From Neophaeotheca triangularis (taxonomy: Eukaryota): DNA of 47,501 bases. The translations under genes and the position numbers were made by a program. The stretch's first letter is position 1. Each line of letters starts with the position of its first letter. The notes below the pieces were generated by a model, which saw only the letters and a program-made list of their open reading frames with translations, did no database searches and was not told the DNA's origin. The stretch is from NCBI GenBank assembly GCA_054600435.1, contig BAAIJX010000096.1, forward strand, positions 1 through 47,501, read 5' to 3'. This document shows, piece by piece, positions 33,066-45,082 of the stretch.

Positions 33066-34033
33066 TTTGGTGGTGGTGGGATGGTGGGATGGTGGTTGAG
33101 TAGATGAGTAGTAAGAGGTAGTAGGTGATGTCGTGAGGTGTTGATGTTGGTAGAGATGGCGTGAAATGGCGTGAGTGAGGAGAGGACAGGAGAGGAGAGG
33201 AGAGGAGATGTAGGCGACGAGAACAAAGAGCTTGAGGGCGGGAGGAGAGGTCGAGGTCGAGGTTGATGGTGCTGTGCTACACTGTACGCGTCGTCACTCG
33301 TCACTGCTTGCTTGGTGTTTGTCCTTTGTCGTCGACTCGTGTGAGGCTCGTGTCAATGCTGGGGCTGGAATGTACGGGAAATGGAACGTGAAGGGACAGA
33401 CAAAGTGTGATGAAGCAAAGGATGTGTTGAGGTCTAGCTTGATTTTCGAGGATATAACTGTAGAGAGGTATGTAAGTAAGGTAAGGTAAAGTATCCTGAG
33501 TATTCTGCTCGTTTGCCCGCTGTTTCAGATGATCAAGGGAACGCAACGCGCACGAGCGGGTTTCGCCCAGGAGTGACTGCTGAAACAATCGAATGTCTAT
33601 TTCCATCCAAGAGGTTGCTTCTACCTTATTCTCCAGTCGATAACAATCATAACATGTTTCAAATACTGATTGATACACACCTAAGTTAGGTACTCACCAC
33701 ACCTCACTCAACTTTACCCGTAGGTAATTCTGTTTACATGGAGAGAGTATTGTTACAGACAGCCCCTCCCAAACTCAAAATGCGCACCAATCGGGACTCG
33801 TTTCTTAACCCCGCAACCCTGTGATGCACGATGACCTCGCGTGCTCGATGTACCGTAGAACTCGAATGAGGCAAAACATCCATCTACCTCGACCTCAACC
33901 ACAACCACAACCACTCTACGTCTTTACCTCTCTCCGTCTTTCCAAGCTAAGTACTGACACGGCGTCATCTTCCTTCATTCTACTTATATACCGACTTACT
34001 TCCCCCCCCCCCCCATCACCTCCATCTCGTGGG

Positions 34034-36016
34034 ATGCTTCGTAGTACACACCGGCTACGCCCTCAAGCACTCAGACCGCATACAACTGGAAGTGGAAGAC
34101 TCGCCCAAATGGCAGCTCATCTCAGCAACGGCGCAACACGGGCTCAACAAAATGGCACCTCGACCATTCGCGACCTCCCAAAGACCAACTCCTTCACCCG
34201 CGGCTTGCCTCCGGACCCTCAATACCCCACCCCCGCCTCCTCACACTCCGTCGACCGTAAAGAGCTGGGTCCGAGAATGGTCAGAAGTGCAGCGTACACT
34301 TACGTCCGACCAGAGCCTGTTGAAAACCCTGAACTTCTAGCAGTCTCCAAAGCTGCTCTGCGAGACCTCAACATCGATCCGGCATCAGTTGAGAATGATC
34401 CGGACTTCAAGGAAGTGGTGGCGGGCAACAAAATCATCACAATCGACGGCAAAGACCAACCATCCGACGATGACGTCTACCCTTGGGCGCAATGCTACGG
34501 CGGTTCTCAATTCGGGCAATGGGCAGGTCAACTCGGCGATGGTAGAGCAATTTCTCTCTTCGAAACAACCAACCCATCTACCCAAACTCGCTACGAGCTC
34601 CAACTCAAGGGTGCAGGTCGAACCCCGTACTCTCGCTTCGCAGATGGAAAGGCCGTCCTTCGCAGCAGTATCCGCGAGTTTGTCGTCAGCGAGTCCCTAC
34701 ACGCATTGGGCATTCCTACAACCCGCGCACTCAGTCTGACACTAGCACCCGAATCTCGAGTGCGGCGCGAGCGCATGGAGCCCGGTGCCGTAGTCGCCCG
34801 TTTCGCGCAGTCCTGGCTACGACTCGGAACCTTTGACCTCGCCCGCAGCCGTGGAGATCGCGATCTGATCCGCAAACTCGCAGACTACACAGCAACCTCG
34901 GTCTATGGCGGGTGGGAGAAACTCCCCGGCGCTCTCCCCCAAACCGCAGACTCGAAACCCGATCTCACCGCCTCCCCCTCCATTGACATACCATCAGATA
35001 CCACCGAGCACAGCGGCCCCATGGCCCAAAACCGCTACACCCGCCTCTACCGCGCCGTAGCCCGACAAAACGCCCTAACCGTCGCCAAATGGCAAGCCTA
35101 CGCTTTCACCAACGGCGTCCTCAACACGGACAACACCTCCATTCTCGGCCTCTCCATCGACTATGGCCCCTTCGCCTTCCTCGACAACTTCGACCCAAAC
35201 TACACCCCAAACCACGACGACCACATGCTACGCTACGCCTACAAAAACCAACCATCCATCATTTGGTGGAACCTGGTCCGTCTGGGCGAAGATCTCGGCG
35301 AACTCATAGGCGCCGGGGACCGCGTCGACGACCCCGAGTTCATCTCCCAAGGCGTCCGCCAAGACTTCACCGACGAGCTCATCGCCCGCGCTCACGCCTT
35401 GATCGACCTAACAGGCGAAGAGTACAAGTCCACTTTCATGAACGAGTACAAACGCCTCATGACTTCCCGGCTCGGTCTCAAGACCTGCAAGGACTCGGAT
35501 TTCGACACGCTCTACTCGGAACTCCTCGACTCGCTGGAAGCTCTCGAGCTCAATTTCAACCACACATTCCGCCGTCTCAGCGACTTGCACACGGAAATGC
35601 TCGACTCGTCGGACAAGTGCGAACAAGTCGCCACGCGCTTCTTCCACTCGGAAGGTCTGTCCAACATTGCCGGCCCCGAAGCCGACGCCCGTAAACGCTT
35701 GGGCGCCTGGCTTTCCACCTGGCGCGACCGCGTTCTCGAAGACTGGGGCTCTTCGGCCGCCGCCGAGCAGGAGAGATGTCGGGCCATGAAGTCGGTGAAC
35801 CCCAAGTTCATCCCTAGAAGCTGGGTGTTGGATGAAGTCATCGAGCGCGTTGAGAAGCAAGGGGATCGGCAAGTGCTGGATCAAGTCATGGAGTTGAGTT
35901 TGGCGCCTTTTGAGGAGGGCTGGGATGAGTCTGTCGTTGCCAAGGGCGAGGCCGAGCGCTGGTGTGGCGATGTCCCGAGGTTTCAGAGGGCCATGCAGTG
36001 TTCGTGTAGTTCTTAG
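34034..36016 (+). CDS. FMP40: SelO/Fmp40 protein adenylyltransferase, probably mitochondrial
   Basis: YGGSQFGQWAGQLGDGRA, QLKGAGRTPYSRFADGKAVLRSSIREF, NGVLNTDNTS, IDYGPF and C-terminal CSCSS; Arg-rich presequence from ATG 34034. Confidence 0.95.
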   Translation: MLRSTHRLRPQALRPHTTGSGRLAQMAAHLSNGATRAQQNGTSTIRDLPKTNSFTRGLPPDPQYPTPASSHSVDRKELGPRMVRSAAYTYVRPEPVENPELLAVSKAALRDLNIDPASVENDPDFKEVVAGNKIITIDGKDQPSDDDVYPWAQCYGGSQFGQWAGQLGDGRAISLFETTNPSTQTRYELQLKGAGRTPYSRFADGKAVLRSSIREFVVSESLHALGIPTTRALSLTLAPESRVRRERMEPGAVVARFAQSWLRLGTFDLARSRGDRDLIRKLADYTATSVYGGWEKLPGALPQTADSKPDLTASPSIDIPSDTTEHSGPMAQNRYTRLYRAVARQNALTVAKWQAYAFTNGVLNTDNTSILGLSIDYGPFAFLDNFDPNYTPNHDDHMLRYAYKNQPSIIWWNLVRLGEDLGELIGAGDRVDDPEFISQGVRQDFTDELIARAHALIDLTGEEYKSTFMNEYKRLMTSRLGLKTCKDSDFDTLYSELLDSLEALELNFNHTFRRLSDLHTEMLDSSDKCEQVATRFFHSEGLSNIAGPEADARKRLGAWLSTWRDRVLEDWGSSAAAEQERCRAMKSVNPKFIPRSWVLDEVIERVEKQGDRQVLDQVMELSLAPFEEGWDESVVAKGEAERWCGDVPRFQRAMQCSCSS

Positions 36017-36439
36017 AAAGAAACTTGTTGGTGTGTTCCGGGGGAAGAGTCTGTAGCCAGCCAGCTGCAATCAGCCAGCTGCAATCAAACGAACCATACC
36101 AAGAACCAGCACAGTGTACGCACCTGACCTCGTCCGTGTACCCACCCCACGGGCATTGAACCCCCTTACCACGTTCTCCGATCTCGCACCGTGTTTCCGC
36201 ACCCAACTCCCCAAATCAAACAAGCTCTTGCAACGCCCTTAACAATGAGACGGCGAAAAAAACCAGCTCATTGACTCTAGGTAGGTATTCTCCCAAGCTC
36301 AAAGTCCTTCACTCGTCAAGTCACTGTAGTCGTGGCCAGGCTAGGCTAATAGCTCAGGCCGAGTATGTAGGTAGTCCGACTGGTCGGATCGAGAGCTCGG
36401 GATCGTAAATGTCAGCAATGGCCGGGAGGGTGGGTGTGG

Positions 36440-36544
36440 GTACCTTATACCTTATACCTTATACCTTATACCTACCTACTTACCTACCTACTTACCTACC
36501 TACCTACTTACCTACCTACCTACCTACCTATCTACCTACCTACT
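36440..36544. repeat. Compound microsatellite (TACCTTA)n followed by (TACC/TACT)n
   Basis: Read directly; gives the PTYL repeat ORF. Confidence 0.95.
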
Positions 36545-36963
36545 TTAGATTGGGAAGTGTTTTTGAAAAAGTGAAGAAGGAGATTGCAGTAGCTGCTTCG
36601 ACACTTGTGCATGGAAGCAGTTCAGAAGGAGAGGTAGGGGGAGGGGAAGGTGTACGTGGACGTACATGGTTACGGGTAGGTGGTTTGGTGATGCGGGATG
36701 TGGTCTTGGAAAACGGCCAAGTCTATGGATGTGTAAGTATGATGAGATGCTGGAATTCTCGAGAAAATGAGCAAGCTAGGTCTTAGCATGATGCTCCTTG
36801 TTGTGGGTATTGCGAGTTGAGTTGGGGTGAGGGTTTGGGAATGGAATGGATTATGTACAATTTGAGCGATTCAAGTTTTCCTTTTTCACCCAAACAATGT
36901 CACTTCTATATCTCATCTCGCTCGCTTGCTTCACATCCAAAAATTCCATTCCAATTCAGCCTC

Positions 36964-39168
36964 TTACTCCCCACCGTGCATCTTCTTGCCCTTCCTCCCC
37001 TTACCGCCGTGTCCGCCCATCTTACCCTTGCCATACCCATGGCCCTCGCCCTCAGTCTCACTCCCAACCTTCTTCCTCGAGAGACCGAGACACTCGGCCA
37101 TACCAAAGAAAACATCAATGGAATTGTAACTGCCGGCGAAAATCTCCTGACACGGTCCGAGAGCATAGACGGGCACGTCGGTGAGCGAGTGTACGCCCTG
37201 GCTGGCGCCGGTGTTGAGAGTGCCGTTGGAGATGAAGCCGTCGACGGCGTCGTCCGGGTTGACGTAGTAGCCGAAATCGCCCTCGGCGTCCTGGATGGCC
37301 GGCAGTCGCGGGCCGTCTTTGTGGACGCGGTAGTTTTCGCGGACGTCCGGGTGCGCGCCGAGGCCTTGGGCTAGAGTGTAGCGCGGGTCCCAGTTGGTGG
37401 GGAAGCCGGGCGTCATGTCGCCGTATTGCAGGCGGGAGCCTGAGTTGACGTATTGCGACTGCCCGGAGCGTTCGTAGATGCCGATGGCGTTGCGTTTGGC
37501 GCGGTCGTTGTCTTGGGCGGATAGGTACTGGGTGTCGGCTGAGCCCCAGACGTCGAAGCCGTGGCCGTGGTCGGCGGTGACGAGGACCAGGGTTTCGTCT
37601 TTGCAGCCGAGTTCTTCGAGGCGCGCCAACGAGGCCTTGATCGTGTCGTCGAGTTCGAGAAGTTCGCCGAGTGCGCGGTCGTAGTCGAGGGAGTGCATTT
37701 GCTTGTCGATCGAGGCGGCTTCGGACATGATGAGCCAGCCTTCATCGCCGGCGCGGGCGGCGAGCGTGTCGATGGCTTTGAGGGTCATGTCTTTGAGACC
37801 GGGGGGATCGAGGGCGTCGGCACCGCTGCAGTCGGGGGCGTTTTCGTTGCCGGAGAGGTTTTCGGTGTAGACGTTGCGGTCGAGCCAGAGGGGAAGGTTG
37901 CCGGTGCTGAAGATACCAAGTAGGGGGGAGTCGGAGTTGGCCTCGCTGAGTTCGCTGTTGCTTTGGACGACTTGGTAGCCTGCGTCGCGGAAGGTCTCGT
38001 AGAAGCCGTAGCCGTTGGGGTTGTCTTCGGAGGCTGGGCAGAACTGGGCGGCACCGGCGCCGAGAATGACATCCGCGCCATCCCATGCTGGCCACGAGTA
38101 GTTGGAGACGCCGTTGAGCATGCTGTCGATGACGAAGCCATACTCGCCACGGTCGCGTGTGTGGGAAGTCATGGCAGCTGGGGTGGCGTCGGCGATGAAA
38201 GCCGTGCTGACCAGACCAAGGTGGCCGCCGTGGATACGGAAGAAGATCTCGGCAATGCTCTCAACCTTGGGGTCGTCAAAGGCGTCGGGGGAAGAGTCGG
38301 CGTAGACGCCAAGAGCGTTGACAGTCGACTTGTGGCCGGAGTATAGAGCGGTGGCCGAGTTGGCAGAGTCGGTGATGTACTGGGGATGGAAGTTAGTCTC
38401 GCTCTGCCGTGTTTGACTTGGTTGTCGTCCTCACCGTATCAAGCGAGTGCGTCATCTGGTGGCCAATGACGGGGAACTTGTCCATGGCCATGGTGCTCTG
38501 GTAACGGCCGTTGATCTGCTTGTGACCGATCAAACGAGCAGCGGTGATCATGTTGGTGGTCATGCCGTCGCCGACAAAAAGGAGCACATTCTTGGTTCTA
38601 CGGACCTCCTCCATGTCGCGGACAAGCCAGTACGCTTTGGTGGTGGTGTTGTAGTAGGAAAGGGTGGCCTCGTATTCACCTGGCTCGTAGAGAGCCACAC
38701 GGCGGTAGGCTTTGGCGGCAACATTGACGAGGGAAGCCCTGTCAGCTTCTTCGGCGAAGAGGTCCTCGTACCTGACGAAACATCAGTCAACCTCTATGCG
38801 AGGGCTTGCCGGCAAGATATCGTAGGTACTCACCAGGTAAAGTTCCATTTCTCAAGAGGAGGGTCTTGGAGCCCAAAAAATTCCGTCGCCGGCATGGCCT
38901 CCTCACCAACCTTGCCGATGGTCAAGCTGAAGTTTTCATCCGGCACGCCATCCGTCTTCTCCGACCCATTGACAGGCGCATGCACCTCGAGTCGAATATC
39001 GAAATACTGCCCAGCCAAAAAGTCCTGCTGATCCGGGGGAAAGACGCAGCCCAAAGTCGGGCAGCCACCGAGACGCTGGAAAGTCTGCGCCGATGCGCTG
39101 GGCGTGCTGGCTAGGAGGGCGGCAGCGGCAGCAGCTGCCGCCGCGAGTGAGAATTGGGATCGCGGCAT
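36964..39168 (-). CDS. Secreted alkaline phosphatase, 695 aa; exons 39168-38834, 38771-38435, 38379-36964
   Basis: Signal peptide then QTFQRLGGCPTLGC; KNVLLFVGDGM, ITDSANSATA (catalytic Ser), ADATPAA, EAASIDKQMH, TADHGHG and VHSLTDVPVYA; introns restore the frame. Confidence 0.95.
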
Positions 39169-39548
39169 GAGGTGATTGGTTCTCGTTGGGAGACGAGGGT
39201 GCGGTGGTGGAGGGAGGAGAGGAGGGAGGGAGAGAGACAACCTTGATGGGCCACGACAGCTACCCTGTAGCTACTTATACCTATACACACACTTCCCTCG
39301 GCCCTAATCTACCTACCTACCTGCCTACTCACCTACTGTCCCTCCCACCATGCAGCGCTTCCAACTCCCTCGCCCGCAAAAACGTGCCACCCTGGCCAGC
39401 CAACTCAACGTCCCGTCTCGCTACAAACAAAATGATAGCATCCTGCCCCACTCAAACTCACTAGCGAAGTTCGACGAGAGCATGTCACTGCACAACAACC
39501 GCAACCACGCTCTACGACGGCAACGCCACGATGCAAGGAACATGTACC

Positions 39549-40420
39549 CACGTGCGCAGAACCTCACTAGGTAAGGGACGTCAATCAGCACCTCAGCCAC
39601 GGGCAAGACCGAACTTGCAAGCGAACCCCCTAACTTATACAGTTTTTGCCGTCACGCCGCAGCTACCTTATCACGTTCCCGCAACGCTCGCTCTCGTAGG
39701 GCGAAAGGCCTCCTCTCGAGCTGCCTCTTCGAGCGGCGGGCGGGCGGGAGCGTGCAGAGCCAAGGAAACGCCATCGCAGGCTAGTAGAGCTACCCAGATG
39801 AAAAAGTCGGGTAGGTACAAAGGAGTGACAACCCAAGGTTGTAAAGGGAGGGAAGTGTGCGTAGGTGGAAGCCATTGAACTTTGGAGCTGGGGGCACGTG
39901 GGACGACGGGGCGACGTGAGGTTGCGCGCCAAGAGCTGGGAAAGGCGGGGGCCCGCTCTCCGATTATCTACCTAGGTATATTGATATTGAGGTCCCCGGT
40001 GAGCGAGCTGCTGCAAAGCACGTGGGTATAGTACATTGGTAAGGCTGAGGTGACGATGACGGCGTCGTTTGGCAGACGGGAGTGGAGGGAATTGGATGTC
40101 TTGTAGGAGTTACCTTACGGTTGCTGACGAGTCTGATGCCGAGGAGGTGATACATGCGGCCGCGGACTAGTGCTGCGGCTTTGTGGCCAATCAGGCGCTG
40201 AGCTGGTGTCGTCTGCGCCTTATCGTACGCTGCGTCTTCATCTTGATGAGAATGCATAGAAACCACGTGGGTGAGGATTATGGTGCAATCTACGCTTCCA
40301 AGCTGAGCGTGCAAAAGGTAGAACAGAGGGTTGTGCTGCTGGAATCATGCCCGGACAGCGGACTAGAGGTTTCGATTGACATGATTCTCTTGTCCTCAAC
40401 ACTCACCTACCTGCCACGTG
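39549..40420. promoter_or_regulatory. Cluster of five CACGTG boxes (Pho4/NUC-1/PalcA sites) upstream of the alkaline phosphatase
   Basis: CACGTG at 39549, 39895, 40019, 40264 and 40415; three read CACGTGGG. Confidence 0.8.
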
Positions 40421-40475
40421 TCTGGCAGGCACTGCAATTACCACGACGAACCACTAGTCGAGGTCCCGGCGCCCA

Positions 40476-41968
40476 TCACTCGGCCAAATAATCCCCCACC
40501 CTCATGCCCACCCCGCCAGCCAGCGCACTAACATACTCCCACCCAACCATCCCCCCAACTTTCCACTTCCCACCCGCGTCCAACACATCCCCACCTCCAA
40601 TGCCAGACCTCACCACCAGCCTCAAACGCACCAGAGTCGCAATCTGCATTCCCACATCCAAAGAACCCGCTCGAATGGGCTGGGGCAGCAGCGCGTGGAA
40701 GATGCTTAGCCACCTATCGAGTGCAAAGGGCGAGGCGGCGAGGAGGTGTCGGGGAGTGTTGCGGTGGATGTTGGAAGTGTTGCGGGCGGAAGGCGTTGCC
40801 GAGGTTGTTGTCGCGGTCTTGGTGCTTCGGCGGCGTTTTTTGCGCGCTTCCGTGTGTTTCATGAAGAAGGTTTGATCGGTGCGGGCGGGGTTGTGGGAGG
40901 CGAGGTAGGCGGCTGTGAGGAGGTATGTTGTGTAGTAGGGTAAGGATGGAGGGGGTTTGGGCTTTGTGGTGGTGATGGTGGTGGCGGCGGGCTCGGTGGA
41001 CGGGGCTTTGAGAATGGAGGCTGTGGGGGTGATGATGGTGTCGAGGAGTACTGTCTCGTCTTGGAGGAGGCGGCGCTGGGCTACTAGTAGGCGGCTGAAG
41101 TCACGGGTACCGAAGTCGCCGGCTATGATGGGTTGGACGAATGGTCGCCACAGTTTGTCGCAGAGTCTACGGAAGGAGACGAGGTCGCGTGCTGCATGTT
41201 GGGCTAGGGAATCCCACACTGCGGCGCAGAAGCGTGGCCAGAGCCAAGCCTTGTCTTCGGCGTGCGTTTCGTCGTCGTAGTCGACATCCTTGGGTTGAGA
41301 ACCTAAGAAGATGTCTGGAGGCGATTTTGATAAGATGTGCAGTGACTGAGCGCGTGAGTAGACGGGGAATTGGATATGGGGGATGCCGGTTTGGTGTAGA
41401 CATCGCGGTGGTGGATGTTGGAGGATGTAGAGGATGGTCAGATTTGGGATGGAGTCTGCTATCCGCGCCAAGGCTGGGAGTAGGGTTGGCGGAGCGTCTC
41501 GTTGCTTATCGATGTCGTCGAAGACTAGGACGAAAGGGTCTTCTCGAGGTTGCAAGAAGCGTTCCAAGTGTGTCGTAAGCGTGCTGAGGCTGTCACAGCG
41601 TCCGGTATAGACCTCATCGTTGTCGTTGCGTAAAGCATCGTGGACTGCGGCAACGGTTTGCTCCAGTAAGTGCCGGCCAGTGACTGATTCTCGGCATCGT
41701 ATGATGGCATGGGTCAATTTGCTGGTTTGAAGATATGATGAGACTGCGCCGCTTCTACCTGTGGCATGTGAACCGTAGACGACCACATTCGATGGCTGAG
41801 GTAAGGATGGCTAGAAGGTGAATGGTCAGCGACTGCAGATGATTGACGCGGAGGGGAGGAAGTATGTACCGATAGCAAGGCGTAGAGCTGTCGCAGTTGA
41901 GTATCGCGGCATGACCACTGATCGCTCAAAGACAGCAGTAGCTCATCGGGGAGCACCAACAGACCCAT
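40476..41968 (-). CDS. ORC5: Origin recognition complex subunit 5; exons 41968-41870 and 41810-40476
   Basis: LPDELL, CRDTQLRQL, VVYGSHATGRS, CRESVTGRHLLE, LVFDDIDKQRDAPPTLLPALAR, YLLTAAYLASHNPARTD and F.LDRWLSIF. Confidence 0.93.
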
Positions 41969-42273
41969 AATGTAATGTCGAGATGGGATTGTCGAAAGGA
42001 GTGACGTGAGGTGTATGATACCTTAGTACCTGTATGAATTTGGTCGAATACGGCCAGAGGAGTTGATGGTGGTAGGTCGCGACCCCAGATTGACACTTCA
42101 AACACGCTAATGCAGGCACTTCGGTGGCTCCCGACGCTAGTCCACATATAAAACCCGTGAAAGGATAAAAGCGTGCGTTACTTACACTGTCTTGACTGTT
42201 ACCTCGACTTCCTTGCGAAGTGAACCCTAGTGAAGTGAAAGAGGAAGGCACGCTCCTCAGGTGCTCTTTCAAT

Positions 42274-44243
42274 ATGGACGCCTTCAATAACGCTTGGCGC
42301 GCCTTGTCGCTCTTCCTCCGCCAACATGCGACTTCGACTTCACTCGTTGCTCTTCCCCTGCTCGCAGTTGCAACAATGGCCATGATCAAAACCAACAACA
42401 ACATTGCTGCTCGCTCCGAATCCAATGATCAAACCTCCACCACTCCACCGTCGTCCACCGCACGCAAAGACTCCAAACCTGCAATCGACAAGGACTCCAC
42501 CGTCACCACCTCACCATCGCCGCCCGACAACATGGGTCCGCGTATGGTGCACCTCAAAACCAAGGAGGAATGTCGCCTCAAGAACGAAACCATCCAGGTT
42601 TGGTCCGTTGAGCTGCCTAGCAAGCATGCTGAAGGGATCTTGAAGTAAGTCTCCCCACCCCACATACACTCACCGGACGACTGCTAACCTCACCTTTTCC
42701 CAGAGTCATCAAAGAGTCCATCCCCGGCCAAGATGCCATCGATCTACAACACCTTCGTCGCTTCGCCAAACCAAAGTTCCTTCCCGCTCACATTCTCGGT
42801 CGTCGCAACCTTGCCAAGGAGATGCATAGTGTGCCTCGCACTTGGGACAAGCCCGTCGATACCGTCATGCAAGCTCACAGCGGCGAGTGGGACTACGCTC
42901 ACCCGGTTGCTCGTAGCAAGGCTTCCGGGAACAACCGTCCTCCAACTCTTCACCTGCTAATCTGCCCAGTCCACATCATATCCAAGTCTGATCTGGAAGA
43001 ACTTCTACTCACCTGCACTCCTTTTGCTTCCAGCGCTGAGTCCTGGGCCTATCCACTGGAGATTCAAGAAGTCACGGTGCCACTACAGCCTCCGACCAAA
43101 CCCGAGATAGCAGCCGAATGGTCTAACAGGTACTGGCCGACCTTTTACCGCAAGACCAATCCCTTTGGCGCGCATCCCGCAACAATCTCCAAAGCTGAAG
43201 ACGAGCTTCGCGAATCGAGCGTCGACAACCACAGCACCGAGCAAATGCTGTCTCTTGCTGAACAGGCTGCTGGGCTTACTCAGACGGAAAGTCTTGGTCT
43301 TGGTACCGGCTGCTCCATTTTGGAGCGCGGAGAAGGCAAGACGAACATCATCGCCGTTGCTGGAGACGCACGCCGCAAGCCTCTCCTTCACTCTTCTGGT
43401 GATGAGGAACAGCAAGAGGGCGCAGATCTGGACACCGCTCACGGCTGCAAAGGCAACGTCATGGGTCATGCCATTATGCGCGCCATTGGGATGGTCGGTC
43501 GAAAACGTCTACGCTGCGCATCTGCTCCACTCGCCAAAGCGGCCTCCAAAGCTGAGCGTAGCTTCCACAACTGCGGTCTCGCTGCCGACGAACGCGCTCG
43601 AGATGCCTTTTTCTTAGATCTACCTCTCAACGGCCTGGAGAAGGAGTACTTTGAGGAAGACAACATCCGCCCCGACGGCTATCTCTGCCTCAAGCTTGAA
43701 GTCTTCCTCACTCACGAACCATGTGTCATGTGTTCAATGGCACTGGTCCACTCACGCGTCGGCAAAGTCATCTTCAGAAACCGAATGGGCAAGACGGGAG
43801 GTCTGACGGCCGAGGTCACTAGCAATGACACCGGACCTGTTGGACTAGGCTACGGTCTCTGCTGGCGCAAGGAACTCAACTGGCAATTCATGTGCTGGGA
43901 GTACGTCGACCCAACCAAACTCCGCGCCATTGAGGAATCCAACACCAAGGAACCCATCAACGACGACGCCACCAAAAAGAAGCCCAAGAAAACCGACCCG
44001 CTCCCACTCGTCGCCCCCACCGTGGAGCACGCCCCCATCTTCTCGAAGCCTCGTGGACGTAAGGGTCGCAAGTTTCCTGAAACGCCTGTCATCGCCGACC
44101 CCGACTCGGCGCCCGACAAACCCTCCGTCGCCAACGACACCCCTCAAAACAAGACCACCATGACCATCGGCGGCGTCACCATGTCCAAGGCGGCTTACGA
44201 CAGCAAATTTAGCGTCAGCAGCTTTGCGCCCGTCCATGTGTAG
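42274..44243 (+). CDS. TAD3: tRNA adenosine-34 deaminase non-catalytic subunit Tad3, 636 aa; exons 42274-42644 and 42704-44243
   Basis: DLQHLRRFAKP, WSNRYWP, GHAIMRAI (no catalytic Glu), GYLC, THEPCVMCSMALVHSR and ELNWQF; intron GTAAGT..CTAAC..CAG. Start codon uncertain. Confidence 0.92.
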
Positions 44244-45082
44244 CAAGCATGCGAGGGTCCACCGCGAGGTTGCCACAGCATGATTTATCGGCTTAGTAGT
44301 CTGATAACACGAGAGTATCGATTACGACGGCAGCTACAGTTTGGCGGATACGGCTTACTGTCGGTTTTAAGAGTGATGTGGAGGTGGTGTGGATGTTTTT
44401 TGGGCCGGCAAACCTCGCTTATGATGGTTATTTGGGTGGTGCAGTTTAGTGGTTGTAGTTTTTTGCTCGGTGTTGTGGATGGTTTGTTACAGATAGCATG
44501 GCTTGCGGTGCGATATGATACCCGGATGGCAGTGTCAAGGTTGCTGCGTCGTTGTTGCTCGTGTTTGCTTGTGCAAGGGGGTATGGTTTAGTCAAGCATA
44601 GCTTCGTATGTACTTGTACTTCAAGCATGCACCATCGAAAGATTCAGAAGTCGCGTCACTGATCATCACGTTGCTTCAAGCCAGGCTCCATTACTGATTG
44701 AGTTCTATCGATCGATCATGACCTTCCTAATGAACAGTCATACATCCATGTGTCGTATGCATTGTCTGACAGAGGTTGACAAATCCATCTCGGACCTGTT
44801 CATTCAACCAAACCCGGACCCTAACATCTTATCTCACCAATTACCCGACCACCGGCCGAGATGGTGGTGACGTTTTGTCAGCGAGTCGACTTCGCCTCAG
44901 AAACGCCTCGAAGGACAACGGTTACATATACCCTGTGAGCGCCTCCTGCTGCTCCGTTGTAAGAACCACCCCGTAAGTACCTGCTTCTCGACCATCTCAT
45001 ATCCTCTCGCATCGCCACCATACTGTCTCAACCCAACCACTGCCCGCTTGTGACTGCGGCCTTTAAGCGCATCTTCAACAAC

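Noticed and set aside
33821..34033. 70-codon upstream extension of the SelO ORF
   Set aside because: Low-complexity promoter/UTR-like sequence; ATG 34034 yields a plausible mitochondrial presequence.
35990..36016. Selenocysteine recoding in SelO
   Set aside because: The C-terminus is CSCSS with Cys codons and a TAG stop; there is no in-frame TGA.
36343..36420. tRNA-like start (GGCTAATAGCTCAG) and a small hairpin
   Set aside because: No T-loop GTTCRA and no acceptor stem; a cloverleaf cannot be built.
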